DNA of 64,000 bases from Octopus sinensis (lineage: Eukaryota). Of the stretch, positions 34,508-47,765 are shown piece after piece. Every line of letters starts with the position of its first letter. The stretch's first letter is position 1. The notes beneath the pieces were generated by a model. The model saw nothing but the letters and a program-made list of their open reading frames with translations, was not told where the DNA came from and searched no databases. The position numbers and the translations under genes are program-made. The stretch covers positions 51,646,001 through 51,710,000 of the forward strand of contig NC_043004.1 of the NCBI RefSeq assembly GCF_006345805.1, in the 5' to 3' direction.

Positions 34508-36009
34508 CCGCTTAGTTTACTTCTATTCACAGGTCACCAGCTGAGTATATAAACAGCTGGATTAATCAGATACTGAAGACATTGGTACAGTTCACTGAGC
34601 CGCATGCAGGTACCACACTGTATGATAGAGTTCACTTTATTGTGTCTATCACCAAGACAACTGGCTGTGAGCAGTCCAGTCTACTTAACTGTAGAGAGGT
34701 GCCATGTTGTGGTAGAGTTCACTGTATTGTGTCAATAATCAGGATACTTTACTATCTACAGCCCAGTCTACCTAGCTGTATGTAGGTACCACAGTCTAAT
34801 GTGGCTCACTAGCATAATAGTAGTGGTGGTGGTACCTTTTACTTGCTTCAGTCACTGGACTGCTGCTATGCTGGGGCCACTGCCTTGAAGGGTTTAGTTA
34901 AACAACTTATTGATCCCAGTACTTATTTTTTTAATCTGATACTTATTCTGTTGATCTCTTTTGCCAAACCACTAAGTGATGGTGGAGAACAAACTCACAC
35001 ACACGCACACACATCCATATATCATGGACTTCTTTCAGTTTCCACCTGCCAAGTCCACTCACAAGGCTTTGATCAGTTCAATTCTATAGTAGAAGGTACC
35101 TGCCCTAAGGTACCACATAGAGGAACTGAACTCTAAACTGTATGGTTGACGGACTAACCTCTTACCACACAACCACGTTAGTGGTGGCAGTGGTGATGGC
35201 CATTAGGAAGTACTGTTGTGACTTGTCCCTCATAAAATGAGGTGACAGCTTATTGGCTGTAGAATTTAAAACAAGGGAGGTTTTTTAAGGCTTTCCTTAC
35301 AAGTTCATGTAATCTATTAAAATCTCACTCAATACAGTGAAACACTGCCTCAGCTTTTCATTTATTTTTTTTTTTTTGGTTTTCATTTCTCAATTGTTAC
35401 TTTCTTTAACTTGTTCGTTTCTCCTCTCATGTTCACAAGTGCTTTGACTGACTTTTACTACTCTTAACTTCTCTTAACTAATCGGCAGTACTTTTAAATT
35501 TTCCTGTGCAGATATGTGTGCATAAGACTATTAAATTATTGCACAGGGGTTCCCCGAGCCAGTGGAATGTTTCCTTGGGGTTCCGCTCCAGCAAAAAGTT
35601 TGAAAAGCACTACTCTAGACCTTGTTGGCTGTGGTTAAGCAAACCAATATGTGGTGATACCATTCTAAAATGCCATCCACTTTGGTGGACGCTAAAAGAC
35701 ATTAAGGCCAAGACATGAAGCATTTGTAAAGGCTGGACACTAGCAAAGTTCTTTGACCATAGAGAGAGAGAGAAGGAGAGAAAATGGAAGAGAGAATAGA
35801 TTATGAAAGGGAGGAGGGACCCATGGGGTTTGAAAGGACATGGTTAACCTTTTAACTATATTGATGTGAGGGTGAATGAGTTGGGCTAGTGTTTGAATTT
35901 TACTGTTTTGCCACCTACTGGAGCAGATCTATGAGTGGTGGTGGTGGGGGGCAGTGGTGGTGGTAGAGTATAGTAATGCAAATATATGGGAAACTACCAC
36001 CTGTGTCAT

Positions 36010-36270
36010 CTCTTGTGAAAGGTAGGTGAGTCCAGTTTGCTGGACATTGTTGTAGAGCTGAAAAAGAGGTAATTTCTACTCTTCTCCTCTGGAAGCCATT
36101 TACTCGCAATGCCAGAGGGCGCACACTCTCCTACCCTGATGTAATCTCCAGGGATACAGGCATCCAGCAACAGGACCTCCGTAATGCCATGATGGACCGT
36201 GAAGTATGGCGTAGCATGGTAAATTCCATTGTCTTGACCACGGTCGAACAATGATGATGATGATGATGAT
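36010..36270 (+). mobile_element. RTE-clade LINE 3' fragment
   Basis: VQFAGHCCRAEKEVISTLLLWKP and RGRTLSYPDVISRDTG...MMDREVWR followed by a (GAT)n tail. Confidence 0.75.
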
Positions 36271-37892
36271 AGCTGTGGTTGATGATGATATAGAGTGGAG
36301 TGTAGCAGTGGTTTATGGTGAGGTGGAGTAGAATTGTAAGTAGAACTGAGATGGGGGTGGAATACAACAGTAGGTGATGGTGAATTGAAGTAGAATCCAG
36401 CTGTAGCTTGTGGGGGATAAGTGAGGTGGGTGGTGTTGGCTGGGGCTGTACAGTAACTGGTGGCACAGTGGTGATGTGATATGAGGTGGAGTGGAGCAGG
36501 GCATTGATTGGTGGTAAAAAATTTGAGGGGAGGGGGCATGTTATGTTTCACCTTTTTGTTAACCATTTCTAAAACAAACAACGAAATCAAATTACTTAAT
36601 AGAAAAGACAAAAAAAAAAACCATGCCTAATCTCTCAAATTTAATAATCACGATATAACCCTCCTCTACTCTTTCACCCCCACCTCTTCCAGTGTCCTCA
36701 TTGTCCTCTTATCTGCCATCAACATTTAGTTTATCTAATTTCTCTTCTTCGCCCTTCCTCCTACCTCTGATTTTTGGTTTTTGCAAGTTTATATTCCTTA
36801 CTTTAACGCCACCCCCATCACCAACTACCATCACCTCATATGTAAATAATACTGCTTGACCTTAAAACTTTCTTTGAGAAAGTTACAGAGTACCAGAGTA
36901 CTTAAGACAGTTATGGGTTATGAATGTATATGCATAGCTGTCCTTATCTGTATGGTTAATAAACACACACATGCTGCTTCTATTTTTTTTCCTTTTTTGT
37001 TGTTGTTGTAAAATTATTATCCCCACCAGTTAAATTTCAGAGTGACACAAAATGTACATTCATTAGATATATAAATTTGATCCTGTCTATTGCATCATCA
37101 TTATCACCAACATTTAACTGTCCACTTTTCCATTCTTGCATGGGTCAGACAGAATTTTGGGGGCAAATATTCTACAGGCAGATGCCCTTCTTAGCGCCAG
37201 TGCTCACCTATTTCTAACCAAAGTAAGAGTCCCCCATGGCTGGACATGTGTTCATGGAAGATTGGAGATGAACAACACCACTTGCATGGCAGTGATGCTT
37301 GTTTACAACTCTCACATGATGTCTAGGCAAGGAGGCAAAACACACTAGAATACACACTGTTAAGCTGTGTAAGTGATACAAGAGCCTAGAGTTACATGCA
37401 AGGTACTTACCTAGCCCCCACTTCTGCTCTCTACATATTTAAATGCAAGCATGGAGATATGGATGAGTTAGCTTTGTGTCTGTGTGGTTTTGACATTGGT
37501 CTCATTGCCTGGTATTTCAGACAAGAGTCTTCTACTATAGCACCAGGCTGACAAAAGCCTTGTAAATAAACTGGGTAGATGTGGATATATATGTTTGAAT
37601 ATATATGTGTGTTTGTGTATATAGCATGATACATACATACATATATTGAGTGTGTGTGTGTGTGTATGTGTGCACACCTATATCTCTTTGTCTACATTTG
37701 TGCTCTCCTATTTATTAGTATGGCCATGTTCTAACCCAGGTCACAGCAACACCTGCCACACTTCTTGGTCCTTGTTGGTCCTGCCTCAAGGTCCTTGTTG
37801 GCTGCAACACAAGAATGCTACAAATGTACCTAAATGTGAAATAGCAGCAACAAATGCCTTTATGGAGACCTGCTGAAAGTTAGCAAGAAGAT

Positions 37893-38110
37893 CGATTTCA
37901 ATTTTGATTGATTTTTGATTCTCACTTGCCTGAACAGGTCTTCACAAGTAGAGTTATGTGTCCCAAGAAGGAAGGTATGCACCGGTGGACTGACTACGTC
38001 CCAGGTAGGGGCCACAGGTTATGGCCTCACTTGTCCTGCCGGGTCTTCTCACGCACAGCATACTTCCAAAGGTCTCGGTCTCTGGTCATTTCCTCGGTGA
38101 GACCTAAAGA
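37893..38110 (-). mobile_element. RTE LINE 3' fragment, near-identical to 39503-39725
   Basis: Direct sequence match. Confidence 0.85.
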
Positions 38111-39164
38111 TCAGGCAAAGACAGCTGAAACTATCTGGTCACTACATGTGCTACTACCCTGAATAGGAAATATCCAAATTAGTCTTGTGGAACCCATTTC
38201 ATGGTGAGAGGAAAACATTGTCACATAATAACAACTTGTGCTCTCTCAGAGTCATTCGGTACAAGCAGCTGTTGACTAATTGTTCACTTGCTTCATACTT
38301 TGAAAGACCTATTACTGTTGTACAGTGTCCTTCAGTCATTTTCCATGAAAATGTTTGGTCAGTGGAGAAGTATTACCTTGCTTGAAAGCGGGTGAGGGTT
38401 GGTGACTGGAAATGCATCCAGCTGTAGGAGGTTCACCTTAAATTTCCATTCAGCCCCTGAAAGTAGACATTAAAATGATGATGATACTTGTTCTGTCACA
38501 TCTCTCCTCCACAGCAGAAATGTTAAGGCCACTCTTCGTGGTGAAGAGGATTGGGCTGCAAGAGTCCTGTGCAGGTGCCATGCACAAAAGTAGTTGTGCC
38601 AGTGCCACACCAAAGGCACCCAGCACACACTGTAAAGTGGTTGGTGTTAGGAAGGGCATCCAGCCATAGAAACCAAGCCTAAACAGACTGGAACTTGGTG
38701 CAGCTTGCCAGCTTGCCAGCTCTGGTCATACTGTCCAACCCATGCCAGCATGGACAACAGATGTGAAATGATGATGATGATGATGATGGTACACTCTCTG
38801 TCTCTCTCTCTCTCTCACACACACACACTAATTCTTTGCAATCTTTTGTCTCCATTAAACATTATCCTCCTCCTCCTTCTGCTCTTCCACTACTCTATTC
38901 CAATGAGAGGTGGAGTATCACTGTGAAAACTCTCAGCTCAGATCAATAGAATTATTACAGATGTTCATTTAAAAATGATGTACAGTCAATAAAGAAACCT
39001 GTAGATGGCCTGTTAAAAATGGTAGCCAAATTTCCCTCAATCACAGCATACATACACTAGCTGAATAAATTATAGGATCGTCATGGCTGGAATGTCTTTG
39101 ATCATGGTTTGCTGGATAAGGACCTACCTGTCGCTAAAAGACAACAATAAAGATAGCTATGTCA

Positions 39165-39725
39165 CCATCATCGTTTAACGTCTGCTTTCCATGCTAGCAT
39201 GGGTTGGACGGTTCAACTGGGGTCTGGGTAGCCCAAAGGCTGCACCAGGCCAGTCAGATCTGGCAGTGTTTCTACAGCTGGATGCCCTTCCTAATGCCAA
39301 CCACTCCGTGAGTGTAGTAGGTACTTTTTATGTGCCACCGACACAGGTGCCAGACGAGGCTGGCGAACGGCCACGCTTGGATGGTGCTTTTTACGTTCCA
39401 CCAGCACGGAGGCCAGTCGATGCGGTGCTGGCTACGGCCACGTTCGGATGGTTCTCTTATGTGCCACTGGCACTGGTACCACAACTACAAACTCCATTGA
39501 TGTTGATCGATTTTGATTTTGGTTGATTTTTGATTCTCACTTGCCTCAACAGGTCTTCACAAGTAGAGTTATGTGTCCCAAGAAGGAAGGTATGCACTGG
39601 TGGACTGACTACGTCCCAGGTAGGGGCCACGAGTTATGGTCTCACTTGTCCTGCTGGGTCTTCTCACGCACAGCATACTTCCAAAGGTCTCGGTCTCTGG
39701 TCATTTCCTCGGTGAGACCTAAAGA
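39165..39725 (-). mobile_element. RTE-clade LINE 3' end (ORF end plus 3' UTR plus (GAT)n tail)
   Basis: Minus-strand LGLTEEMTRDRDLWKYAVREKTRQDK* followed by a UTR with GGCRTTAGGAAGGGCATCCAGCTG. UTR-only copies occur at about 1810, 10000, 15110, 15660, 19540, 20830, 38530, 40760, 44860, 46300 and 61035. Confidence 0.8.
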
Positions 39726-40351
39726 GCGATATATATATGTATGTGTGTATGTATGTATGTATGTGTCTGTCTGTATGTATGAATGTATATGCATGTATGT
39801 ACATCCCCCACTTGTGTTTCATTGGTCACTTCTCGACCCTACTCAAATTTAACAGTCGTCACCTACTCTTCTACACATTATCCCCCACCACCATTTGACA
39901 ACTAGTGTTAGTGTGTTTACATCCCCGTAACTTAGCAGTTCAGCAAAAAGAGACTGATAGAATAAGTACCAGACTTTAAAAAAAATTAAGGATTGGGTCC
40001 AATTCATTTGACTAAGATTCTTCAAGGTGGTGCCCCAGCATGGCCACAGTCTAATGACTGAAACAAGTAAAAGGTAGCAGATAAAATGATAAGCAGATAG
40101 TGAGGGAAGTGACTGGGGGTGGGATAATGAAGATGACTGTGTTAGTGTGTAAGATAACAGCTGTTTCATTAAGGGTGCTGGTGATAGTGGTTTTGTGTGT
40201 GGGTGGTGAGGGCTGGTATTCATGCACACACATATATTACACGCACACACAGACAAATACATAATACATACACATCACCATTTTCTTAATGTCCACTTTT
40301 CCATGGTTGCTTGGGCTGGACAGAATTTACTGAGGCAATATACCATGCTTG

Positions 40352-40682
40352 GTGGAGGTGCAATGGCCCAGTGGTTAGGGCAGCGGACTCGCAGTCATAG
40401 GATCGCGGTTTCGATTCCCAGACTGGGCATTGTGAGTGTTTATTGAGCGAAAGCACCTAAAGCTCCACGAGGCTCCGGCAGGGGATGGTGGTGATCCCTG
40501 CTGTACTCTTTCACCACAACTGTCTCTCACTCTTACTTCCTGTTTCTGTTGTACCTGTATTTCAAAGGGCCGGCCTTGTCACTCTCTGTATCACGCTGAA
40601 TATCCCCGAGAACTACGTTAAGGGTACACATATCTGTGGAGTGATCAGCCACTTACACGTTAATTTCACGAGCAGGCTGTTC
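40352..40682 (+). mobile_element. tRNA-derived SINE family D (related copies at 1381-1680 and 60625-60920)
   Basis: TGGCCCAGTGG A box and GGTTTCGATTCC B box. Body shared with 1381-1680. Confidence 0.8.
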
Positions 40683-41000
40683 TGACGGAGTGCTTCATGA
40701 TACCATGCTTGAGAAGACCTTTCAAGCCAAGTGAGATCGTAGTCATGGCCGATGCTAGTGTTTCATAACTGGCACCCATGCCTGTAGCATATAAAAAGTA
40801 CCCACTACATTCTTAGACGGGATGGTGTTAGGAAAGGCATCCAGCTGTAGAAAGCATACCAAATCAAATTGGAGTCTGGTGCAGCTCCCCAGATTACCAG
40901 TTTTCAGTCAAACCATCCAACCCATGCCAGCATGGAAAACACATGTTAAAGGATGATGGTGATGAAGGAAGGAATATTTTGACAGGATCAGTAAACCTAT

Positions 41001-41424
41001 ACTCTCTCTCTCTTTTACTCTTTTACTTGTTTCAGTTATTTGACTGCGGCCATGCTGGAGCACCGCCTTTAATCGAGCAACTCGACCCCGGGACTTATTC
41101 TTTTGTAAGCCCAGTACTTATTCTATCGGTCTCTTTTGTCGAACTGCTAAGTGACGGGGACATAAACACACCAGCATCGGTTGTCAAGCAATGCTAGGGG
41201 GACAAACACACACACACAAACACACACACGCATATATATATATATATACATACATATATATGACAGGCTTCTTTCAGTTTCCGTCTACCAAATCCACTCA
41301 GAAGGCTTTGGTCAGCCCATGGCTATAGCAGAAGACACTTGCCCAAGGTGCCATGCAGTGGGACTGAATCCGGAACCATGTGGTTGGTAAGCAAGCTACT
41401 TACCACACAGCCACTCCTGCGCCT
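41001..41424 (-). mobile_element. SINE family A, full length
   Basis: Same consensus as other copies. Confidence 0.9.
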
Positions 41425-41724
41425 ACATAAAATATTTTATGATATTCTCTTTAAATCCAAATCCACATTTGCCTTTAGTTTCCAAAGAGCTGCCCTATCC
41501 TATTTGGCACCCATCACTCACAGCCCTTAAGCTTCACTCTCACTCTGTCTTTTAGATGAAGGGAGAGAGGCCCTTTTGTTGCCATCCAAGATGACAACTT
41601 CCCAAACTACTTCTAAATGTTCTGGCCTTAAAAACTACTTCTGTTCTTTGCTCCTTATTTCATTAACCATGTTTGACTGTTACCGATTTATCTTATTTAA
41701 AATGTCTACTTTCATATATAAGGT

Positions 41725-42110
41725 ACAGGCATGGCTGTGTGGTAAGAAGTTTGCTTCCCAACCACATAATTCCAGGTTCAGTCCCACAGCACATGGCGCC
41801 TTGGATAAGTTTTCTTCTATTATGGCCTCAGGCTGACCAAAGCCTTGTGAATGGGTTTGGTAGACAGAAACTGAGGGAAGTCTATCGTTTATATGTACAT
41901 GTCTGTGTTTGTTCCCCACCATCACTACTTGGCAACCAATGCTGGTGTGTTTATGTCCCTGTAACTTAGCAGTTCGGCAAATGAGACTGATAGAATAAGT
42001 ACTAGGCTTGCAAAGAATATATCCTGGAGTCAATTTCCTCAACTAAAAAAAACCCTTTACGGCAATGCTCCAGCATGGCTATAGCCAGATGACTGAAACA
42101 AGTAAAAGAA
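41725..42110 (+). mobile_element. SINE family A, diverged
   Basis: GCATGGCTGTGTGGTAAG head and shared body. Confidence 0.8.
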
Positions 42111-42512
42111 TAAAAGATATACATATATAAATATATATACAGATATATATATATATTTATCTTATTTAATCATTCCCAAGTATGTGTAACTTTATCGCAA
42201 GTCTAATCTTCTTATCTCTCTCTTTCTCTTTCCCACTCACTCTTTCCTCCCTCTCTTTCTCTCTCTCCCTCACACAATATATTGGTTATTTTCCATTTTC
42301 CTCATTTTCAGATGGCCTTCACTTTTTATCTTTGCTTATTTTTATGCCAAAGCACATTTCTGTAGACATATTTTTATACTTATTATTAAAGTGGTGAGCT
42401 GGCAGAATCGTTAGCATGCTGGACAAAATGCTTACTGGGATCAATGTAATTAGCTTACTCCCCCCCCACCCCAAAATTGTTGGCCTTGTGCCAAAATTTG
42501 AAACCGTTGTTG

Positions 42513-42549
<37 letters not shown>

Positions 42550-43364
42550 GGCGGCAAGCTAGCAGAATCATTAGCCCCCCAGGTGAAACGCTTAACAGCA
42601 TTTTGTCCATTGTTACATTCTCAGTTCAAATTCTACTCGGGTTGACTTTGCCTTTCATCCTTTCGGGATCGATAGATTAAGTACCAGTGAAACATGGAGG
42701 GCGATGTAATCAACTAGTCCCCTCCCTCCAAAATTCAGGCCTTGTGCCTATAGTAGAGAAGATTATTATTATTATTATTATTATTGAATGAGAGAGCAGT
42801 GCATGCCATCAAAGTGACACTGGGGTAAAATATATGAAGCCCAGTATATCCCTCAAGACTACCGTCTGATAAGGGTACACCAGGCACATGCATCACAACC
42901 ATATGTGCGCGACATGGTGATCTCATATCAAGATTAACAGCGCATGACCTTGCAGGTGGTGCCCAGTTAGAATTTATTTTCTTCTGGTCGAGTAGCCCAT
43001 TCTGCTGAAAAGGTCCCTGAATAAGGGTTGTTTAAGGATGTTGAAAGAACCACCCATATTTCCAAAGGTGAATTATCCAAACCTCCAAGAATTTCTTTCA
43101 ACACATGGCTATGATGCTCCCCCACTACTTCTGCACGTGGTCAGAGATGCACATATCGTCAACCACTAAGGGACATGCTCAACTGGTTAAGGTCAAACAA
43201 CTGACAAGCAAATCTGTGGTATTGAGCAGAATACTTGCGGTAGCCCATCTTTTATACCAAGACAAAACATGTACATGATAACACTTCTAATCAGTTAAGA
43301 TCAGAAGCCATGAGAGCTACTGTCTGGTACTGCATCAGGATATTTATTATTATTATTATTATTA

Positions 43365-44278
43365 TTTTATGTTTCACTTTTTCTTTGCCTTTGTACAAGT
43401 TGGTTCCAATTCTCACCCAGAGACCTCAAGAGACAAGTTATAAGTTCATGTTGGTGTTATGCCTAGGGTGTCATATATTTGGTTTTGTACATAGTGTTGT
43501 TCTTGAGGATGTTTAAGAAACCATAAGAAAATTATGTGTTTGTTTTAAAATTTGAGATTACACAGACAATATTTTACACAGGATATGGACAGTTCCCATG
43601 AGCACTATCTTTTGAATTTTTGCCATTTTGGGGTTTCCTGGTATCTGAGCTAGGTAACACTCAGCCCCTTTTGCTATCATTCCCAGGGCACCTAGGACAA
43701 CAAGTATTGTTTTAGTCTTCGGGTTCCACATTTTGCTAATTTCTATTTCAAGATCTTTATATTTGCTCAGTTTTTGGTAGGTCTTGACAGATACGTTTAT
43801 ATTGATTGGGACAGTCATATCAATGAGGAGGCATGATTTTTATCAGAAATCTTTCAATATAATGTCTGGCCTACTTGCATCTATCTTTCTGTTTGAATGG
43901 TAAAGTTCCAGGGGAGTGAGATGTGATCATTTTCAAGCACTGGAGGTGGTTTGTGTTCCCACCAGTTTTTATCATGGGGCAGGTCCAGGTTTTTGCAGAT
44001 TACCCAGTGAATATATTGTGCAGCTCTATCATGCCTGTTGAGATACTCTGTAGGTGCAAGAAGAATGCATATGTAGACAAAATGATAAATGGCTTCATTT
44101 TTATTGTTGACATACACGATGTGCTGGGAAGCTGCCGTTCTTTAATATGTTGGCCTGGTAGTTCCTTGTAGGTAGGTATTGATCTTGGGCTGCTATGAAA
44201 AACCCTTCTGTTTCAGGTTTTAAGCCAGAAGCCATTAGCCATTGATGGGTAAGGTCTTTGTCAACATCGGCATTGTGA
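43365..44278 (-). mobile_element. R4/Dong-like (restriction-like endonuclease) non-LTR retrotransposon 3' remnant
   Basis: ETEGFFIAAQDQYLPTRNY, YLNRHDRAAQYIHW, KLSKYKDLEIEISKMW, VVLGALG, IQKIVLMGT..IL; (AAT)n tail. Confidence 0.8.
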
Positions 44279-45363
44279 TTATTATTATTATTGAGTGAGA
44301 GAGCAGTACATGCTGTCAAAGTGATGGTGGTGTACAAATATACAAAGCCCCATATACCTATCATGATAGGGGTACACCAGGCACATGCATCACAACCATA
44401 TGTGGGCGACATGGTGTTATTATTATGATTATTATTATTATTATTATTATTAAGGCGGCAAGCTGGCAGAATCATTAGCATGCTGGGCAAAATGCCCAGT
44501 GGCTTTTCATCTGTCCTTACATAAGGCAGTGAGTTGGTAGAATCATTGGCATGTCGGACAAAGTGCTTAGCAGAATTTCATCCATTTTTGTGCTCTGAGT
44601 TGAAATTCCTCAAGATCAACTTTGCCTTTCATCCTCTCAGAATCAATGAAATAAGTACCAAGTGAACACTGGAGTCGATGTAATTGACTAACCTCTCCAC
44701 CAAAATTCTTTGTAAGCCTAGTACTTATTCTATGGGTCTCTTTTGCTGAACCACTAAGTTACGGGGTAAAAAACACACCAATTGATTGTCAAGCAATGGT
44801 GGTGGGACAAACACAGATACAAAGACACACACACATATATATATACATATATATATATATCATCGTTTAATATCCGTTTTCCATGTTAGCATGGGTTGGA
44901 CAGTTCAACTGGGGTTTGGAAAGCCAGGAGGTTGCACCAGGTACCAGTCTGATCTGGCAATGTTTCTACAGCTGGATGCCCTTCCTAATGCCAAGCACTC
45001 TGAGAGTGTAGTGGGTGCTTTTTACGTGCCACTGGCATGGGGATCACAACTACAATTTGATTGTGATTTGATTTCATTTTGGTGTTGATGTACTTGACTC
45101 AATAGGTCTCCTAGTAATTTACAGAAAAACAAAAGATGAAAACAGGTGTATAAACAACGAGCAGGTGTATTAGATTGACGTTCAGGAAGGTGAGAAAGTC
45201 TTTTATGATTTGAGCCTACGCTCTTCAACAGAAAGAAATGTGAGGAAATAAACAGAGAGAGAATAAAAAAAAATGTTTGGAGGTAGTGGTCAGTCATGAA
45301 TATATAAATGGCCACAGTCAAATGACTGAAACAAGTAAAAGAATATATATATATATATATATA

Positions 45364-46170
45364 CAGGGTGCAAAGGGTAAATTGTCACCATTTTATATTT
45401 TTAATTTCATTTATGCACATTGTTTGTTTTTGATTTTGTCGACTACACACTATAGTAGGGTCAGTTGTGCACCATTTGTAAGTAAAACAGCATCATGATG
45501 CAATTCACTCTGCCAGAAATTTGGAAATGACGTGCTGTACTGCTTGGCATTCATGTCAGAAATTCCAATTTGAACATTTCAGAGTGTTTGTGTGTCAATC
45601 TGAGGAGAGTGCAGAGGAACTGGAAAGAGTTGGATGAGTCTAATGGTGATTACGAAGGTACGGCAGCTTGGAAAACTCACTCTGATCATTCTGAAAAGAA
45701 AAGAATTCCTGGATTTGTTAGTGAGAACCAGGCCATGATTGATAATGATCCTTCAATCAGGTTCATCACCAGGAACACTGGAGTATCTGAGTTTCTTATC
45801 AGGCAAGTAATGCATGAAGACATTCAGTATTCCTCATACAAGATGAGAAAGGGGCCAATTTCTATCCCAAGCCATCAAGGTCAAGAGCAAAGACTGCGCT
45901 ACAAAGGTTTTAAACAAACTCAGGTATCCCACTCCAACCGAACATGCTTTGGTTTTCTCAGACGAGAAGTATTTTTGCCAGGATCAGATGGTGAACATAC
46001 AAAACAACTGTTGGCTTGCTGTGTCTCCAAAACATGTACCGAGAGTGATAAAAATCAAACATCTAGTCAACATCATGGTGTTTGGAGCAATCACTAGTGA
46101 TGGCAACTTTATGTCTCCATTCATCTTCCCACATGGCCTCAGACTCAACATGGAGGCCTACATCTGGTGT
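45364..46170 (+). mobile_element. Tc1/mariner-superfamily (maT/DD37D-like) transposon remnant
   Basis: TA|CAGGGTG left end; VFSDEKYFCQDQMVN.QNN...MVFGAITSDG..MSPFIFPHGLRLN. Confidence 0.75.
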
Positions 46171-47229
46171 ATCTGTTAAAATGAGATATCAGTGTTATTT
46201 TCATTTTTGCATAATTTTGACAACAATTTATTCACCACAACCTGTATATATAACCATAAATAAAAATATTTTATATAACCATAAATGTCCACCCTACTGG
46301 ATGGCTAGTGTTAGGAAGGGCATCCAGCTGTAAAAACTATGCCGATATAGACACAGCAGTTTGGTGCAGTCTTCTGCCAGGCCAGCTCCTGTCAAACCGT
46401 CCAACCCATGCTAGCGTAGAAGGTAGGCATTAAACAATGATGATAATGATATGACAGACTTCTTTCAGTTTCCATCTACCAAATCCATACACAAGGCTTT
46501 GATCAGCTCAAGGTGCCACACAATGGGTCTGAACCATGAACTATGTCGTTGAGAAGCAAACTTCTTACCACACAGCCACGTCTGTGCCTAGACAATTATC
46601 TATCTCTTTTTTTTTTTTTTTTGCGATCCCTTTTGATCGGAATCCCCCCTCTTTTTTCTCCTTCTCTTCTTCCCAAAAAGAAAAGCTCTACTTTGTATTT
46701 TGTTCTTTCTGTGTCTAGCCCTGCATGACCAATAAAGTAATCTATCTAATCTATCTTTCAGATTTTAATATGCTAGACCACTGCTGTTAAATTGATGTTA
46801 ATTAAATTGATATCCAATTTCTCACCCTCGTTTTAAATTTAAATATCTATCTATCTAGAGAGTAAGAGGGGGGGAAGTTAAGATGCATATAGTTCAAATT
46901 TACAGTAAACAAAAGATGAAAACAGGTGAGAGAACAGCACGCAGGTGTATTAGCTTGACACTTGGGAACAGACATCCCACATAACTGCTATGACAGTGTA
47001 CTCACATTTATATCCACCATACATCTATACTCCAACATCCTTTCAATATTTATATCTTTATGTATGTTCCCTCTGTATTTCTCTTTTTCAGGGCATGTCA
47101 AACCATTGTTATGAAAATAATTCCTTACTTACCATATTTCTGTTGAAATGCACTGCTTTTATTTCAACTGATTTTGAAAATAGTACAGAATTTAGTAAAA
47201 TGAATTTAGCATTATTAAGTTGGTATTTA

Positions 47230-47765
47230 TTGGGTTGTCCGGAAAGTTTGTGCTGATTTTTAAAGGAAAGAAAAAGGTCAATAAATACTTGCTATTACAT
47301 TTTTAATCAACCAAATATGAACCATTTTGTGGCACAATGCATCTCCATCTTTCCTTTAACTTGAAAATACCCTCTTCCCAGAATTGAGGTAGTTTCATGA
47401 CATTCAAGGAATTAAAATTTTTACCATTAAGACTATTCTGCAGAGACCTGAATAAGTGGAAATCTGAAGGAGCAATATCTGGTGAATATGGAGGGTGGGG
47501 TAACACATCCCAGCCAAGCTGCAGCAATTTTTGTCTGGTTCCCAAAGCATCAAGTGCCAAAAATTAACTTTCTTATCTTCCATTTTAAAGGGTTGCAGAA
47601 TTAACACAAGTTAGAGGAACATAAACCTTCTTCCATGAAAAGATAGCTTAAACTGTGCTCTAAATGGAGTTGTAGTCAAATCCTATTTTATGGACTCAAC
47701 GGTGTTCTAAAATAAGTCTAAAGATAAGCTACTATAAATCGGCATGAACTTTCTGGACAACCCAA
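47230..47765 (-). mobile_element. Internally deleted mariner (DD34D) element
   Basis: 30-bp TIRs TTGGGTTGTCC(G/A)GAAAGTT... with TA TSDs; WDVLPHPPYSPDIAPSDFHLFRSL. Confidence 0.93.

Noticed and set aside
45190-45245. Minus-strand hammerhead-like relic in a PLE-like repeat
   Set aside because: The core (TTGAAGA...AAAT) is too degraded to call.
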